A stretch of DNA of 63,377 nucleotides, the filler included, from Octopus bimaculoides (Eukaryota): the NCBI RefSeq assembly GCF_001194135.2. It is 8 parts of 8 records of this genome, joined end to end, with 100 filler letters (N's around TTAATTAATTAA, not from the genome) between each part and the next. Parts side by side here need not be neighbours in the genome. Positions count along the whole stretch, not along the records: positions 1 to 8,430 come from NC_068984.1; positions 8,531 to 21,838 come from NC_068996.1; 6 more parts are not named here. The stretch is one strand, 5' to 3'. Below, one piece after another: positions 1-12,818 of this stretch. Under the pieces are notes generated by a model, which saw nothing but the letters and a program-made list of their open reading frames with translations, ran no database searches and had not been told where the DNA came from. Position numbers and translations under genes: made by a program. How positions within the stretch are numbered: position 1 is the first letter of the stretch; every line of letters begins with the position of its first letter.

Positions 1-82
1 GGCACCTTGGGCAAGTGTCTTCTACTATAGCCTCAGGCCACCCAAAGCCTTGTGAGTGGATTTGGTAGATGGAAGCCCATTG

Positions 83-113
<31 letters not shown>

Positions 114-332
114 GTGTGTGTGTGTGTGTGTTTGTTCATCTGTGTTTGTCCCCCCCCACCATAGCTTAACAACTGATGTTGGTATGTTTATGCCCCCGTA
201 ACTTAGTGGTTCGGTAAAAGAGACCGATAGAATAAGTACTAGGCTTGCAATGAATAAGTTCTGAGGTCAATTTATTCGACTAAAGATGGTGCTCCAGCAT
301 GGCCACAGTCAAATGACTGAAACAAGTAAAAA
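1..332 (+). mobile_element. tRNA-derived CORE-like SINE, family A (5'-truncated by the window edge)
   Basis: ggcaccttgggcaagtgtcttc core, central (TA)n(TG)n, 3' ggtgctccagcatggccacagtcaaatgactgaaacaagtaaaa. This motif set recurs more than 12 times in the window. Confidence 0.8.
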
Positions 333-1479
333 CAGGAAAAGATATTTTTATAATTAAATATTATTAAGAATTGCATAAAAAAAATTGTTGAGGCTATAGT
401 AAAAAAACGCTTGCCTAAGGTGCCATGCAGTGGGACTGAACACAGAACCATGTGGTTGGGAAGCAAGCTTCTTACCACACAGCCATGTGCACCTGCAAGA
501 GCCATGTGCACCTGCAAGAGCCATGTGGACTCCAGTTTAGAATAACTATTCTAAATATAATTTCTTTCTATTTCTATATTTATCGATAGCTTACAATAAA
601 GCTTTTTTCTTTTGCATCTCAAAGAAACTACCTCACCTATCCTACCACATCAGCTGCCAACAAAATAAACCCCTGAATTCACACACAGACTTTAACAATA
701 CAACATATTCATCAGGAGTTTCACATCTTTTTTTCTCATATTACCATGTGTCTGATGATTCACCAAAGCAGCATTCATCTCTCATCTTTCAACATGTGCT
801 GTGTTATGTTAACTGTCACACACCTCATTCCTCTTATTATAGTATTTACTATAATATGACAACAGCAAACTGCAGCAGATGCCATGTAGTAGGCTTACTA
901 CCTCTCTTTTCTGAGTTCACTTCTCATTGCCATTATTTTCCAAAGGCCAATGAATACCCAGATGAAATGTTAAAATTTAAAAAAAAAAAATGGAATTCAA
1001 ATTTTAATTTTAAATTTTGGTTTATGAAAAATTTTTAGTTTTATTGCCAAAAAAAAAAAAAAAAGTTGGAGATAAACAGAAATAAAAAATAAACCAAACT
1101 TTAAATCTCTGATTAAAACTAGGTCATTATTCTTAAAAATCCCTTAAACAGTGGGCATTTAAACCATCCATGACATGGTTACTTGATCTGCTAGAAATAA
1201 CAGCCAAATCTCATTAAAGTCACATCTAACCATTTTGAAAAAAGAGAAGGACACATAGGTATAATGTAGCCCTAGACATATCCCTTTAAAAGAAGTGATA
1301 GTCATGGCTAGAATGCTTTTAATGATAATTCTGAATCTATAAAAACAAAGCGTGACATGTCCTTTATTCTTATCTCATCTTTATATACCTGAGGCAAATT
1401 ATGATCACACCACAAAATCACTCATGTATTTTATTGTGTCCATTAATGAGCTCATGTGTGTGTGTATGTAAAAAGTACC

Positions 1480-1775
1480 ATTCGAACATGACCAATGCCG
1501 GTGCTGCCTGACTGGCACCTGTACTGGTGGCACATAAAAAACACCATTCGAGCATGGCTGATGCCAGTGCTGCCTGACTGGCTCCTGTACCGGTGGTAGA
1601 TAAATAGCACCCATTACACTCTTGGAGTGTTTGGCATTAGGAAGGCATCCAGCTGTAGAAACCTTGCCACAACAGATTGGAGCCTGGTTCAGCCATTTGG
1701 TTCGCCAGTCCTCAGTCAAACTGTCCAACTCATGCCAGCATGGAAAGCAGATGTTAAATGATGATGATGATGATG
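1480..1775 (+). mobile_element. 3' end of an RTE-like LINE (internal tandem subrepeats, (GAT)n tail)
   Basis: Repeated gccagtgctgcctgactggc...ggtggcacataaaaa units, then gaaggcatccagctgtagaaacc and ttaaatgatgatgatgat tail. Same family as 3840-4215 and 4518-5000. RTE assignment is inference. Confidence 0.6.
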
Positions 1776-2473
1776 TATGTGTGTATTATAACTACATGTG
1801 GACTGTTGGCGATTTTTTTCCTCCTCCTTCCTTCTCCTTTGGACTTTCCTATGTTTCCTGTTTCTGAAGAAAAGCTATGCTCAAAATGTAAAACAACCAC
1901 TCTGTTCCTTCTCTGAGCTTCTTTGCATGTGCTACATATTTGCATTGTTGTTTCTTGTCTTTTTTCTCTGTTTTTTTAATTAACTACACGTGTGTGTGTG
2001 TGTGTATTATATATATGTGTATGTATGTATAATATATATGTGTGTGTATGTGTGCATGTATGTATTATATATAATGTGTATGTATGTATAATATATATTT
2101 ATGCGGGTGTGTATGTATGTATAATATATATTTATGCGGGTGTGTATGTATGTATTATATATAACAGAGTTATTAGTGATGGAATTATCATTCCAGGCAA
2201 AATATGTTATAAGCTTTCCATTAGTATACCAAGCTAACAATATTGTTTAGATTAGTAAAGAACTTTGAGGATTCTTGCGGCAGGGTCGAAGGTTCTAATT
2301 CATCACCATTCTATGTTGTAAATCTATGGTTGTACTCTTGTTATACTGGATTTTTTTTACACAGAGTGATATACAAGACAAGGCATAAATAATATCATTA
2401 CACACTTTTCTTTGCAAGCTGTAAATCAAATTTACTACAATAAAAAAAATATGTAATGACCATTATTTATGCC

Positions 2474-2549
<76 letters not shown>

Positions 2550-2777
2550 ATGTCCAGTGATTTACAACTGTAGTTGCTTATATGAAAATCACACTATTCA
2601 AGCCATGTTGTTAGTACTTCTGTTGATAAATTGTCTGCATGCTCTATATCATCAAAGCCATGAGGATTGGGAGGCTTTACTTGAATAACAAGGGTTAATG
2701 ACAGAAAGGATATTGTCATCTAATCCAAACAAAAATGGACATAAAAACAAGTAAATGAAATATATATAATTTATCTT

Positions 2778-3112
2778 TTGTTTCAGTTTGTGGTCATGTT
2801 GGGGAATTGCTTTACAGGGTTTTAGTCAAACAAATTGATTCCAGTATTTAGTTTTTAAGTTTGGTGCTTATTCTATTGGTCTCTTTTGCCAAACAGCTAA
2901 GTTAGTGGGGTATAAACAAACCAGCATTGGCTGTCATGCAGTGGGGTACACACAAATACAAACATAAACAATGGGCTTCCAAGCAATTTCTGTCTACCAA
3001 ATTCACTCATAAGGCATTGGTCAGCCCAGGACTATAGTAGAAAACACTTGACCAAGGAGCTGTGAAGTGAGACTGAATCCCAAACCATGTGGTTGCAAAG
3101 CAAACCACCCAG
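2778..3112 (-). mobile_element. SINE family A, old CpG-depleted copy
   Basis: Aligns to the reverse complement of family A; I see no CpG in it. Confidence 0.7.
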
Positions 3113-3839
3113 CCAATAATTAAAAAAAAACCTTATTATTGGTTGCTAACAGTAATACCTGTCATTGATTGGGTAATTACTTTTACTCTTTTTCAGGAGC
3201 CACATTCAAAGTGTTATTATATATATAGATTTACTCCTCCTGTATGTGTGCATTTTCCGTACTGGCATATGTTGCACAGATCATTATGATGCAAGTTAGC
3301 TTTTATTGAGAGTGATTGTCAATAAAATCTGCTTCATTTTGAGCTTGATTTCTATGGCTGGATGCCTTTCCTATGACCAATCATTTCATAGAATGTATTG
3401 AGTTCCTTTTATCATGGCATGAAAAGCAGAAAAGCTTTTATGTCTTTGATAAGACAAAAGGCTCCTTCCTGACTGAAGTTATACAGACAGACAAATGTTT
3501 CCATTTACAATGAAATACTACTGCTCAGTACATTAAGTACACTTCATACATTTTATTACAAGTTGAATATTCTGGAAACTTCAGCCTGAGTTTTTTGTTG
3601 CTGACTATTCAAGTGATTCATTTGAATAATCCACAGTGTAAAATTCTAAACTATGACCCATTAAAATTTACTTCCAATAAAACATACATACATTAACACA
3701 CACATCTCTCTCTCTCTCTCCACACACACACAAACACATTCATATACATATGCTTAATATATATACAGAGGCAATTACGCAGATAAACAAATTATATACA
3801 ACAGCATGGGTTTGATATACAAAATATATATGTCTAACA

Positions 3840-4215
3840 GCACCGTCCGAGCGTGTTCATCGCCAGAGCAGCTGTCTGGCTTCCGTGCTAGTGGCCTGTA
3901 AATAGCACCATTTGAGCGTAATCGTTACCAGAGTCGCCTTCTAGCACTTGTGGTGGTGGCACATTAGAAAATCATTCGAGCGAGGTCGTTGCCAGTGCCG
4001 CTGGACTGGCTCCCATGCAGGTGACACATAAAAAACACCTTTTTGAGCGTGGCCATTGCCAGTACCGTGTGACTGGCCCTCGTGCCGGTGGCACGTAAAA
4101 GCACCCACGACACTCTCGGAGTGATTGGTGTTAGGAAGGGCATCCAGCTGTAGAAACTCTGCCAGATCAGATTGGAGCCTGGTGCAGCCTTCTGGCTTGT
4201 CAGTCCTTAGTCAAA
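3840..4215 (+). mobile_element. RTE-like LINE 3' region, 3'-truncated
   Basis: Homologous to 1480-1775 and to the reverse complement of 4565-4940 (ggaagggcatccagctgtagaaactctgccagat shared). Confidence 0.65.
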
Positions 4216-4517
4216 TATCTATATTCATACTTAAATATTCATCATCTGCAAAATCTTTAGTCTTTACATTGTTTCTGTTTGCTTGTATACATATATATAT
4301 ATTTTGTATATAAAACGCAAGCTGATTTATCTAATTTGTTTATCTGCATAATTGCCTCCATATCTGCTCACCTGGATTCCTCTTATAACCACTGTTTACC
4401 CTACAAAAATTGTCCCTCATAAAGACATTGGAGTCTATGTTCGAATCATTTGAGTGTTATTAAATGTTTTCTATACTGAGAATCTCTGGATCTCATCTGT
4501 TGACTATATATATATAT

Positions 4518-5000
4518 ATCATCATCATCGTTTAATGTCCGCCTTCCATGCTAGCATGGGTTGGACGATTTGACTGAGGACTGGCGAACAAGATGGCTGT
4601 ACCAGGCTCCAATCTTATCTGGCAGAGTTTCTACAGCTGGATGCCCTTCCTAATACCAACCGCTCCGAGAGTGTAGTGGGTGCTTTTATATGCCACCGGC
4701 ACGAGGGCCAGTCAGGCGGTACTGGCAACAGCCACGCTCAAAATTGTGTTTTTTACGTGCCACCTGCACAGGAGCCAGTCCAGCAGCACTGGCAATGACC
4801 TCGCTTGAATGTTTTTTCACATGCCACCGGCACAAGTGCCAGTAAGGCGACGCTGGTAACGATCACGCTCAAATGGTGCTATTTACGTGCCACTAGCACG
4901 GAAGCCAGACAGCTGCTCTAGCAATGATCACGCTAGGACAGTGCTCTTAGCGCTCTACTGGCACAGGTGCCAGTCATCGAATTTGGTTCAATCACGATTT
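4518..5000 (-). mobile_element. RTE-like LINE 3' region with (GAT)n tail
   Basis: atcatcatcatcgtttaa tail at 4518-4535; the body is the reverse complement of the 3840-4215 copy. Confidence 0.65.
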
Positions 5001-5002
5001 CG

Positions 5003-5004
<2 letters not shown>

Positions 5005-5093
<89 letters not shown>
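5005..5093. repeat. (CA)n microsatellite, representative of dozens of (CA)n/(TA)n/(GA)n/(TACA)n tracts
   Basis: Direct reading; most N gaps are flanked by such tracts. Confidence 0.98.
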
Positions 5094-5098
<5 letters not shown>

Positions 5099-5832
5099 AC
5101 ATATATACATACATAAATTTACAAATATATACATATACATGTGTGTGTATTTAAAGATTCAGCCTCATCAAATGTCAACCAGTCTGTTACAGTTACTGAA
5201 CATTACATACATAATTATGAGCGAGGCTATAACTGTAAAATCCAGCTGGGTTAATGATGAAATTTAACTTTGCTGTAGATGAAACCATTACCTACTTTAG
5301 CAGTTTTACACGCTTCACTATTGGTACAGATATTGCAGTCAAGTCAGAGAAATTCATGGTGTATTGGGCAACATACTAACGAATTTAGATTTCATTAGTT
5401 ATAAAGATCTCTAACCCTTAAATAGTAAACATCATCAAAAATTTTATATGGCTATAGTCATCAAGGAAGGAAAGTTTATATTTTTCAATAATGAAACTAA
5501 ATTTTACTGTGCAAGAGTCTAACAGTAATAGCTTTAGTATATATTATTATAAAAGTTACCCTTAAGAAAAGAGATATTTGTCTTTGCTTGATTGGCACAC
5601 CCATTTCCTGGTGTTTAAGAATGAAAGTTAACACTTGTTGGTTCAGTTAATTTGACTAAACAGGTACCATTAGTAACTACAGTGCATGACTGATCAATAG
5701 GGCAGCTGTATAATGGACTAGAGTTTGCTTAGATAACAGAAAAGGATTCAAATCTTCAAAGGAGTTTAAATGATTGTAAATGCTTCTGAAATACAGCAAG
5801 CTTTTAAAGCCCTACATTTAGTTCTGCTTTCA

Positions 5833-5877
<45 letters not shown>

Positions 5878-7782
5878 AACCAATATTAAGTCAACCAACT
5901 TAATCACATGCCGGTCCAGATGCCAATCTCACACCTCTTTCAATGGGCTAAAGCACTCACAATAATTTTTAAAAACCGATTTTTATTACCTCTCCACTAA
6001 AATTAATAGATATGAATAACTGAATGGAGAGATGCAACACAGCACGACAGTGTAGTGCAGAAACAACGTGACATAGGGACTTTCTAAGAGGAGAATACCA
6101 CTAGGTAGTGCAATGGTTCCACGTCCAAATAGCAACATTTTTCGTCCATTAACCTCGTTAATAGAAAGCCAAAATAAAGTTTGTATACAGAGTGTTCTTT
6201 CTTTGCTGTGGGTTCGATACTTTGCTATCGTATTCGATATGGTGTACTACCTTGATTTTATCAAAGATGGTAATTTGCTCAATCTCTTTTCAATCTTCAC
6301 AGTCACACCTTAATTAGAAACAGTTCAGACAGCGAACTTATCTCACAGCAAAGCCAGTGCCAAGTTTGTCATTCCTACCTTCGGAGTAGACCTTCCACCT
6401 TTCAGAAGAAAGTTTAGTCCGCCAAAGTTTTTAAAAGAAAACCCCGCTTCGAGTAGCCTGGTCACACTAAGTATAGCAAAATCTACACTACAGGGACACA
6501 GCGCAGTATAGCGGAGAGCTGTTTGACCCTGGGTTGGGATATCAAGCCATGACAAGCCTAACTAATATTTGTTTAATTCTTGTTTCCACCACTACGAGAA
6601 ATGTCCTGACAGGTGCAGGTTATTGAGGTTCTTAACGCGGTCCTAGATATGGCTGTTCAGTCGCGCAGGAGTTTTCGTGGGGCATCTCTCGTACAAATTC
6701 AGCAACTCTATATCACAAGCAGCTATAAGTACATTCAGACCCCGCTGTCAGCCTCTTACGAATACATGTGTATATTTTTGTAAACTGAGCTTCTATGCTG
6801 TAGTTTAGCTTGCTAGAAATAGCAGTCAAATTCCTTTCAGTCACACGCTTCCACCTTAAAAATGGAAGGATACATTGAACAATGTAGAACACTATACGAC
6901 GAGATGGTCACAGCTGTGGAACGCCTTTAATAAAAAGTCTGTTAAATTAAGGTTCATTTGGGGCTATCGTGAGTAAACACAGATATACAAACTAGCGTAA
7001 AAGCTTCAACAAGTTTAGTGAAACTGCAAGAAATGGCAGTCAAATCTCCCTTTACTATCTTTAACAAGGAAGAACACATTAAATACTAAAGTCTTCGATA
7101 TTCTAAAGAGATAGGATAAATTGTTGGTGGAATGCTTTTGTTTGTAGTTTTGGTCAAAGTTGACCGGGGCTAAACAGCAGAAATAATTAACGAAAAGAAT
7201 GAACATAGAAATTATCAATAGGAGCCGGAGAACAATAATTTCTTCGGTAAACATGACACTATCGATAGCGGAGGTATTTATGTAGATTATATATATCAGG
7301 ATTAAATAGAGAAAATTATTTTACAAGAGTTAGTACAAACTTCTTTTAATTAATCTACCATCTGGCCCTCTATATTCAACATATGTTTACAACATAACAG
7401 AACGACCGAACAAAACAGATAAAAAAAAATAAATAAAGACAATTAAAAACACTAATTATAATTGTAAATTTTATTTAAAGAAAGAGGAAGTTATTTGATA
7501 TTTATTTTACGTTATTGCTTACTAAAAACAAGACTGAATATTTTCTCTAATGTTTTGTTTATAATAACGTTTTGTTCTACTCTAATTAACAAGAAACAGC
7601 ACTATCGACAGACTAGCGGGCACCTCGTAATTAAAGAAACATTTTTTAAAAGAATAATAAAGCATTCGAATTTCGTGTAAATGTTAAAAAGGAACAAGCT
7701 GTAGATAGACAGGTATCTTCAGTAACTGAAACTACAGGATTTATAATGTAAATATAGAAAATATAGGTAACAACAAGGAAAG

Positions 7783-7849
<67 letters not shown>

Positions 7850-8200
7850 GTACAAAGAAGATAAGAAACAAGATGTTTATAAAAACAAAACTTACAAATC
7901 ATTCGTAATAACCATCGAATCTATATCCATATCACTCTGAGATGATTCGATAGAAAATATATGATTGTCCATTTTACAAATCCACTTAATGATCCGCAGA
8001 AGAGAGAAAAAAAAGTTTAGTTTTTTGACATTGTTAGCAAGTACTTCCGGAGCGTTTTTCCCTAACCACCACCACCCAAAAAGACTTTTACAAACCAACT
8101 ACTGTTACTTATGTCTGCAAGAGGTCCTTTACTTGGTGCTTATGTTTAACATAACTTTGTGGGGGTATGTGTGTGTGTGTACATACACACATTATATCAC

Positions 8201-8258
<58 letters not shown>

Positions 8259-8430
8259 ATTATATAGAATATTAATGAATGATTTTATTTATATATATAT
8301 ATAATATTAATGAATAATTATATATATAGATATAGAGATATATCTATATATTACACACATACATATATACACACTCCTCCTCAGTTACTGAAGACACCTC
8401 TCTATCTACAGCTTGTTCCTTTTTAACATT

Positions 8431-8530
8431 NNNNNNNNNNNNNNNNNNNNNNNNNNNNNNNNNNNNNNNNNNNNTTAATTAATTAANNNNNNNNNNNNNN
8501 NNNNNNNNNNNNNNNNNNNNNNNNNNNNNN
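8431..8530. other. Artificial 100-bp scaffold gap spacer (N44-TTAATTAATTAA-N44); also at 21883, 25038, 48438, 52164, 55549 and 62079
   Basis: The identical 12-mer with stops in all frames sits centred in N runs seven times. Confidence 0.95.
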
Positions 8531-8571
8531 ATAAAACACACACACACACGCACACACACACACACACACAC

Positions 8572-8602
<31 letters not shown>

Positions 8603-9284
8603 CATATCAAACAATTATAAAGAATACGGAGACTGGTACATCATAATATTTTATTTTTAGCCTTACAGTTGGCCATAGGGTATAATTATTTGGTCACAAT
8701 GACCGACACATGTTTCTGCTGCATGAACACTTACATATGCAACCCAGCATAATTTTCAGTGCGTCTTCATAATCCAAGGAAGCGAACCCGGATTTACCCA
8801 TCGGAAGAATTTACAGCGGGATCATTGACGCTTATTATTACTACATGATTCGGTTAGCCGTAATCTGGAACATACGTGCGAACTAACACGGTACCCGACT
8901 GGATAAATTTTCCCTAAACACTCAATTTATATATGTGTGTCCGTGTGTGTGTGTGTCCGTGTGTGTGTGTGTGTGTGTGTGNNNNNNNNNNNNNNNNNNN
9001 NNNNNNNNNNNNNNNNNNNNNNNNNNNNNNNNNNNNNNNNNNNNNNNNNNNNNNNNNNNNNNNNNNNNNNNNNNNNNNNNNNNNNNNNNNNNNNNNNNNN
9101 NNNNNNNNNNNNNNCTACAGCGGCATCTCCCACTTCTTTCCTTCTTCGTTCTTCGATTCCCTTTTTATTTTTATCTCCGTTTTACGCCGCCCCCACCACT
9201 ATCACCTGTTCCTTACCATCTCCCAAATCATGTTCTTTTACTTCTATTTCTCCATTTACTTTTCTGTTTCACTTACCCATGACC

Positions 9285-9540
9285 CGCCATTACCACCACC
9301 ACCACCACCACCACCATCACCACTACAGACAATCTTTAATTACTTATCTTGCAGCAAAACACTTCTTTAACCTTCTTTATCACCACCACCACTACCACCA
9401 CGACCACCACCTCCGGCGCCACTACCACCACTTCCGCCGCCCCTGCCCCTCTCCAACCGACAACAACAACAACAACCGCCACCACAACCACCACCACCAC
9501 AACCACCACCAATACTACCGCCACCACCACCACTACCTCA
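9285..9540. repeat. (CAC)n/(CAA)n low-complexity tract
   Basis: Direct reading. Confidence 0.9.
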
Positions 9541-9967
9541 AAGACAATCATCTTAACTTCAATTTTCCTGACAACCTAAATATCACTACATTATCGACAT
9601 TTTCTCTTCAGCTTCTACATTAACCCGATCACTTAATTGTCACCATAAACACTGCTATGGATCTTTAATTACTTTCCATAATCATTTCTAATTATTTCTG
9701 CTCGTCTTCTTCGTATTGTTCTCCTAATTGCTGTAATGCAGTAAACACTTATATAAAAGATAATACGTATCACCCCACCACCCCTCCACATACACACACA
9801 CACTTACACATACACTCACACACACATATGGGGGAATATCTGCGTTTATAAAAAAAAAAAAAATATATATATATACAAAAACACACACTCACACACACAC
9901 GCACACATTGATATATATATACATACATGTGTGCATAAATACATATACATACATATATATACACGCA

Positions 9968-10126
9968 TATGGATCAAAACAGTTTGATTCAGACTCGTTG
10001 GTACTCTAAGTTTCAAGCGTGCGGGTAGTCATCGGCCATTGGTGTCTGACCCCAATGGCCGAAGACTAGCCACACGCCTGAAACTTAGTGTACCAACGAG
10101 TCTGAATCAAATTGTTTTGATCTATA
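9968..10126. mobile_element. 159-bp near-perfect palindrome (fold-back MITE-like), TA at both ends
   Basis: Left arm tatggatcaaaacagtttgattcagactcgttgg...cggccattgg versus right arm ccaatggccg...ccaacgagtctgaatcaaattgttttgatctata: 7 mismatches over 75 bp, centre at 10047. Confidence 0.85.
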
Positions 10127-10310
10127 CATGTAACCTCCAATAAATGTGTTGAGTGCCCTTCTTCCGTTTGTCTGATCACTCGTATGTATATAATATATAT
10201 ATATATACACACACACAGATTGATAAACAGATCGATTCGTACACTCATACATACAATGCATACACATATGCATGCATACGCGTATATCTATATAAGCGTA
10301 ACCAAAATTT

Positions 10311-10366
<56 letters not shown>

Positions 10367-10376
10367 NNNNNNNNNN

Positions 10377-10409
<33 letters not shown>

Positions 10410-11317
10410 CTCCTGTATAAGCTTCATATGCACCAAAAATACATGTCTGTGCATGTCAATGTGTGCTTGTATGTGTGTGTTTGTGTGTGTGTATGTGTGT
10501 GTACGAATCTTCGCATAAGAGTGTGTGTGTGTGTACGTGTGCGTGTACGTGTGTAGACATATATATATATACAGATTGCTTGCGATATTTTCTAGCAGTT
10601 CACCAGAGAAGAAAACATGTAATAGAAAAGTGTTTGCAGTGTGTAGAGTAAATATTTGTAATATTTCTAACAGCAATTCTTCGCTTCTATTGGATATAAA
10701 TTTCTGTCTCGATGTCGTAACATATTTCGATATTTCCGTATTAACTGCTTGGTTTGTTCCTCTAGAAGGAACTTTAATCTTTCCTTGTTGTCAGATCGAT
10801 CTGGCAACATGGATTGATCGAAGCGTTGCTGTTGTCTGTTGCTGTTATTAGTCTTCATAATAGTTCTTTGTCGTTGTTGATGAAGTTCCTGCTGTTATTG
10901 TTGCAATCACTGTTGTCGCTGTTATTATAGTTATTTCAGTATATAATAATTCACAGAATCATCACGTGTTCGACTAGGCCATCAGCTGTTGTTGTACACC
11001 ACCGGGCACAATATGTTTCCAACTCTGATTTGATTGCGCCATTTTTTTTTCTATTCTGACCCAAATCGCTTAACTAAATCGTTTTCCCGTTGTCGTGCTG
11101 GCCTTCAAAATACCTTTTCCGATCTTTTTGGACACTATTCGGCAGCGACACAAGTTCACTTGGTATATGTTAGCATTGCGCCATATTGTAGTTAGGTTTA
11201 ACATTTTCTAATGTATACTGTGACAGAATTATCGGTTAGTTGTTATTGTACAGCCCCTGGTCAACCCAGATCCATACAGATACATGATCAAAGATGTTCC
11301 AACTGTGACCATACCAT

Positions 11318-11830
11318 CTATAGTATATTCAGCTATAGTATATTCAGCTATAGTATATTCCGCTATAGTATATTCAGCTATAGTATATTCAGCTATAGTA
11401 TATTCCGCTATAGTATATTCAGCTATAGTATATTTNNNNNNNNNNNNNNNNNNNNNNNNTCTATAGTATATTCAGCTATAGTATATTCAGCTATAGTATA
11501 TTCCGCTATAGTATATTCAGCTATAGTATATTCAGCTATAGTATATTCCGCTATAGTATATTCAGCTATAGTATATTTCGCTATGGTATACTCAGCTATA
11601 GTATATTCAGCTATAGTATATTCCGCTATAGTATATTCAGCTATAGTATATTCCGCTATAGTATATTCCGCTATAGTATATTCAGCTATAGTATATTCAG
11701 CTATAGTATATTCCGCTATAGTATATTCAGCTATAGTATATTCCGCTATAGTATATTCAGCTATAGTATATTCAGCTATAGTATATTCAGCTATAGTATA
11801 TTCCGCTATAGTATATTCAGCTATAGTATA
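11318..11830. repeat. 15-bp minisatellite (ctatagtatattcag / ctatagtatattccg), ~30 visible units with a gap inside
   Basis: Direct reading; it produces the spurious SAIVY-repeat ORF. Confidence 0.97.
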
Positions 11831-12169
11831 TGTAAGACTACTTTATATAATGTGTAATAATGCAGTTAGTATATTAACAGCCATAGTTGCTATAATTGTT
11901 TAGCCTGAGGTCAGTCCAAATTCATACAGACCTTTGATCAAAAAATGTTCCAGTTCTGACCATCCCATTTTTATTTAGATATATCTTGGATGATGATATC
12001 TATTGTGTATGTAATAAGTAGTTACTGTTTATAATTGTTGTTGTTTATTCCAAGTACAGACCTAATCGAGCAGAGAAGTAATCATAGATAGTTCAATTAT
12101 GACTATCACAAACTATTTTTTAGACATGCTACGTCTTAGACCACATTATCTAATGTCATATTCCTATTT

Positions 12170-12777
12170 TAAAGGATTTAGTCGAACAAATCGATCACAA
12201 GACTTTTTTTCATTTAAAGTCTAGTACTTGTTCTATCGATCTCTTTTGCCGGACTGCTAACTAAACACACCAACATCAGTTGTCAAGTGGTGGTTGGACT
12301 CACTCTCACACACACACACACATTCACACGCGCGCACGCGCACACGCACACGCACACACACACACACACACACACACGCATATGAAGATTCCCGTCATAT
12401 ATATACGTATATATATATATATATATATATANNNNNNNNNNNNNNNNNNNNNNNNNNNNNNNNNNNNNNNNNNNNNNNNNNNNNNNNNNNNNNNNNNNNN
12501 NNNNNNNNNNNNNNNNNNNNNNNNNNNNNNNNNNNNNNNNNNNNNNNNNNNNNNNNNNNNNNNNNNNNNNNNNNNNNNNNNNNNNNNNNNNNNNNNNNNN
12601 NNNNNNNNNNNNNNNNNNNNNNNNNNNNNNNNNNNNNNNNNNNNNNNNNNNNNNNNNNNNNNNNNNNNNNNNNNNNNNNNNNNNNNNNNNNNNNNNNNNN
12701 NNNNNNNNNNNNNNNNNNNNNNNNNNNNNNNNNNNNNNNNNNNNNNNNNNNNNNNNNNNNNNNNNNNNNNNNNNNNN

Positions 12778-12818
<41 letters not shown>

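Noticed and set aside
8475-8486. TTAATTAATTAA motif recurring seven times
   Set aside because: Always centred in 44+44 Ns, so it is an artificial scaffold spacer and not biological.
8933-9623. His/Thr/Pro-rich ORFs
   Set aside because: Translations of (CAC)n/(CAA)n low-complexity DNA that start in (TG)n and cross an N gap.
11211-11903. 230-aa ORF of SAIVY repeats
   Set aside because: It is the translation of a 15-bp minisatellite spanning an N gap; a unit length divisible by 3 without a stop in that frame explains the ORF.
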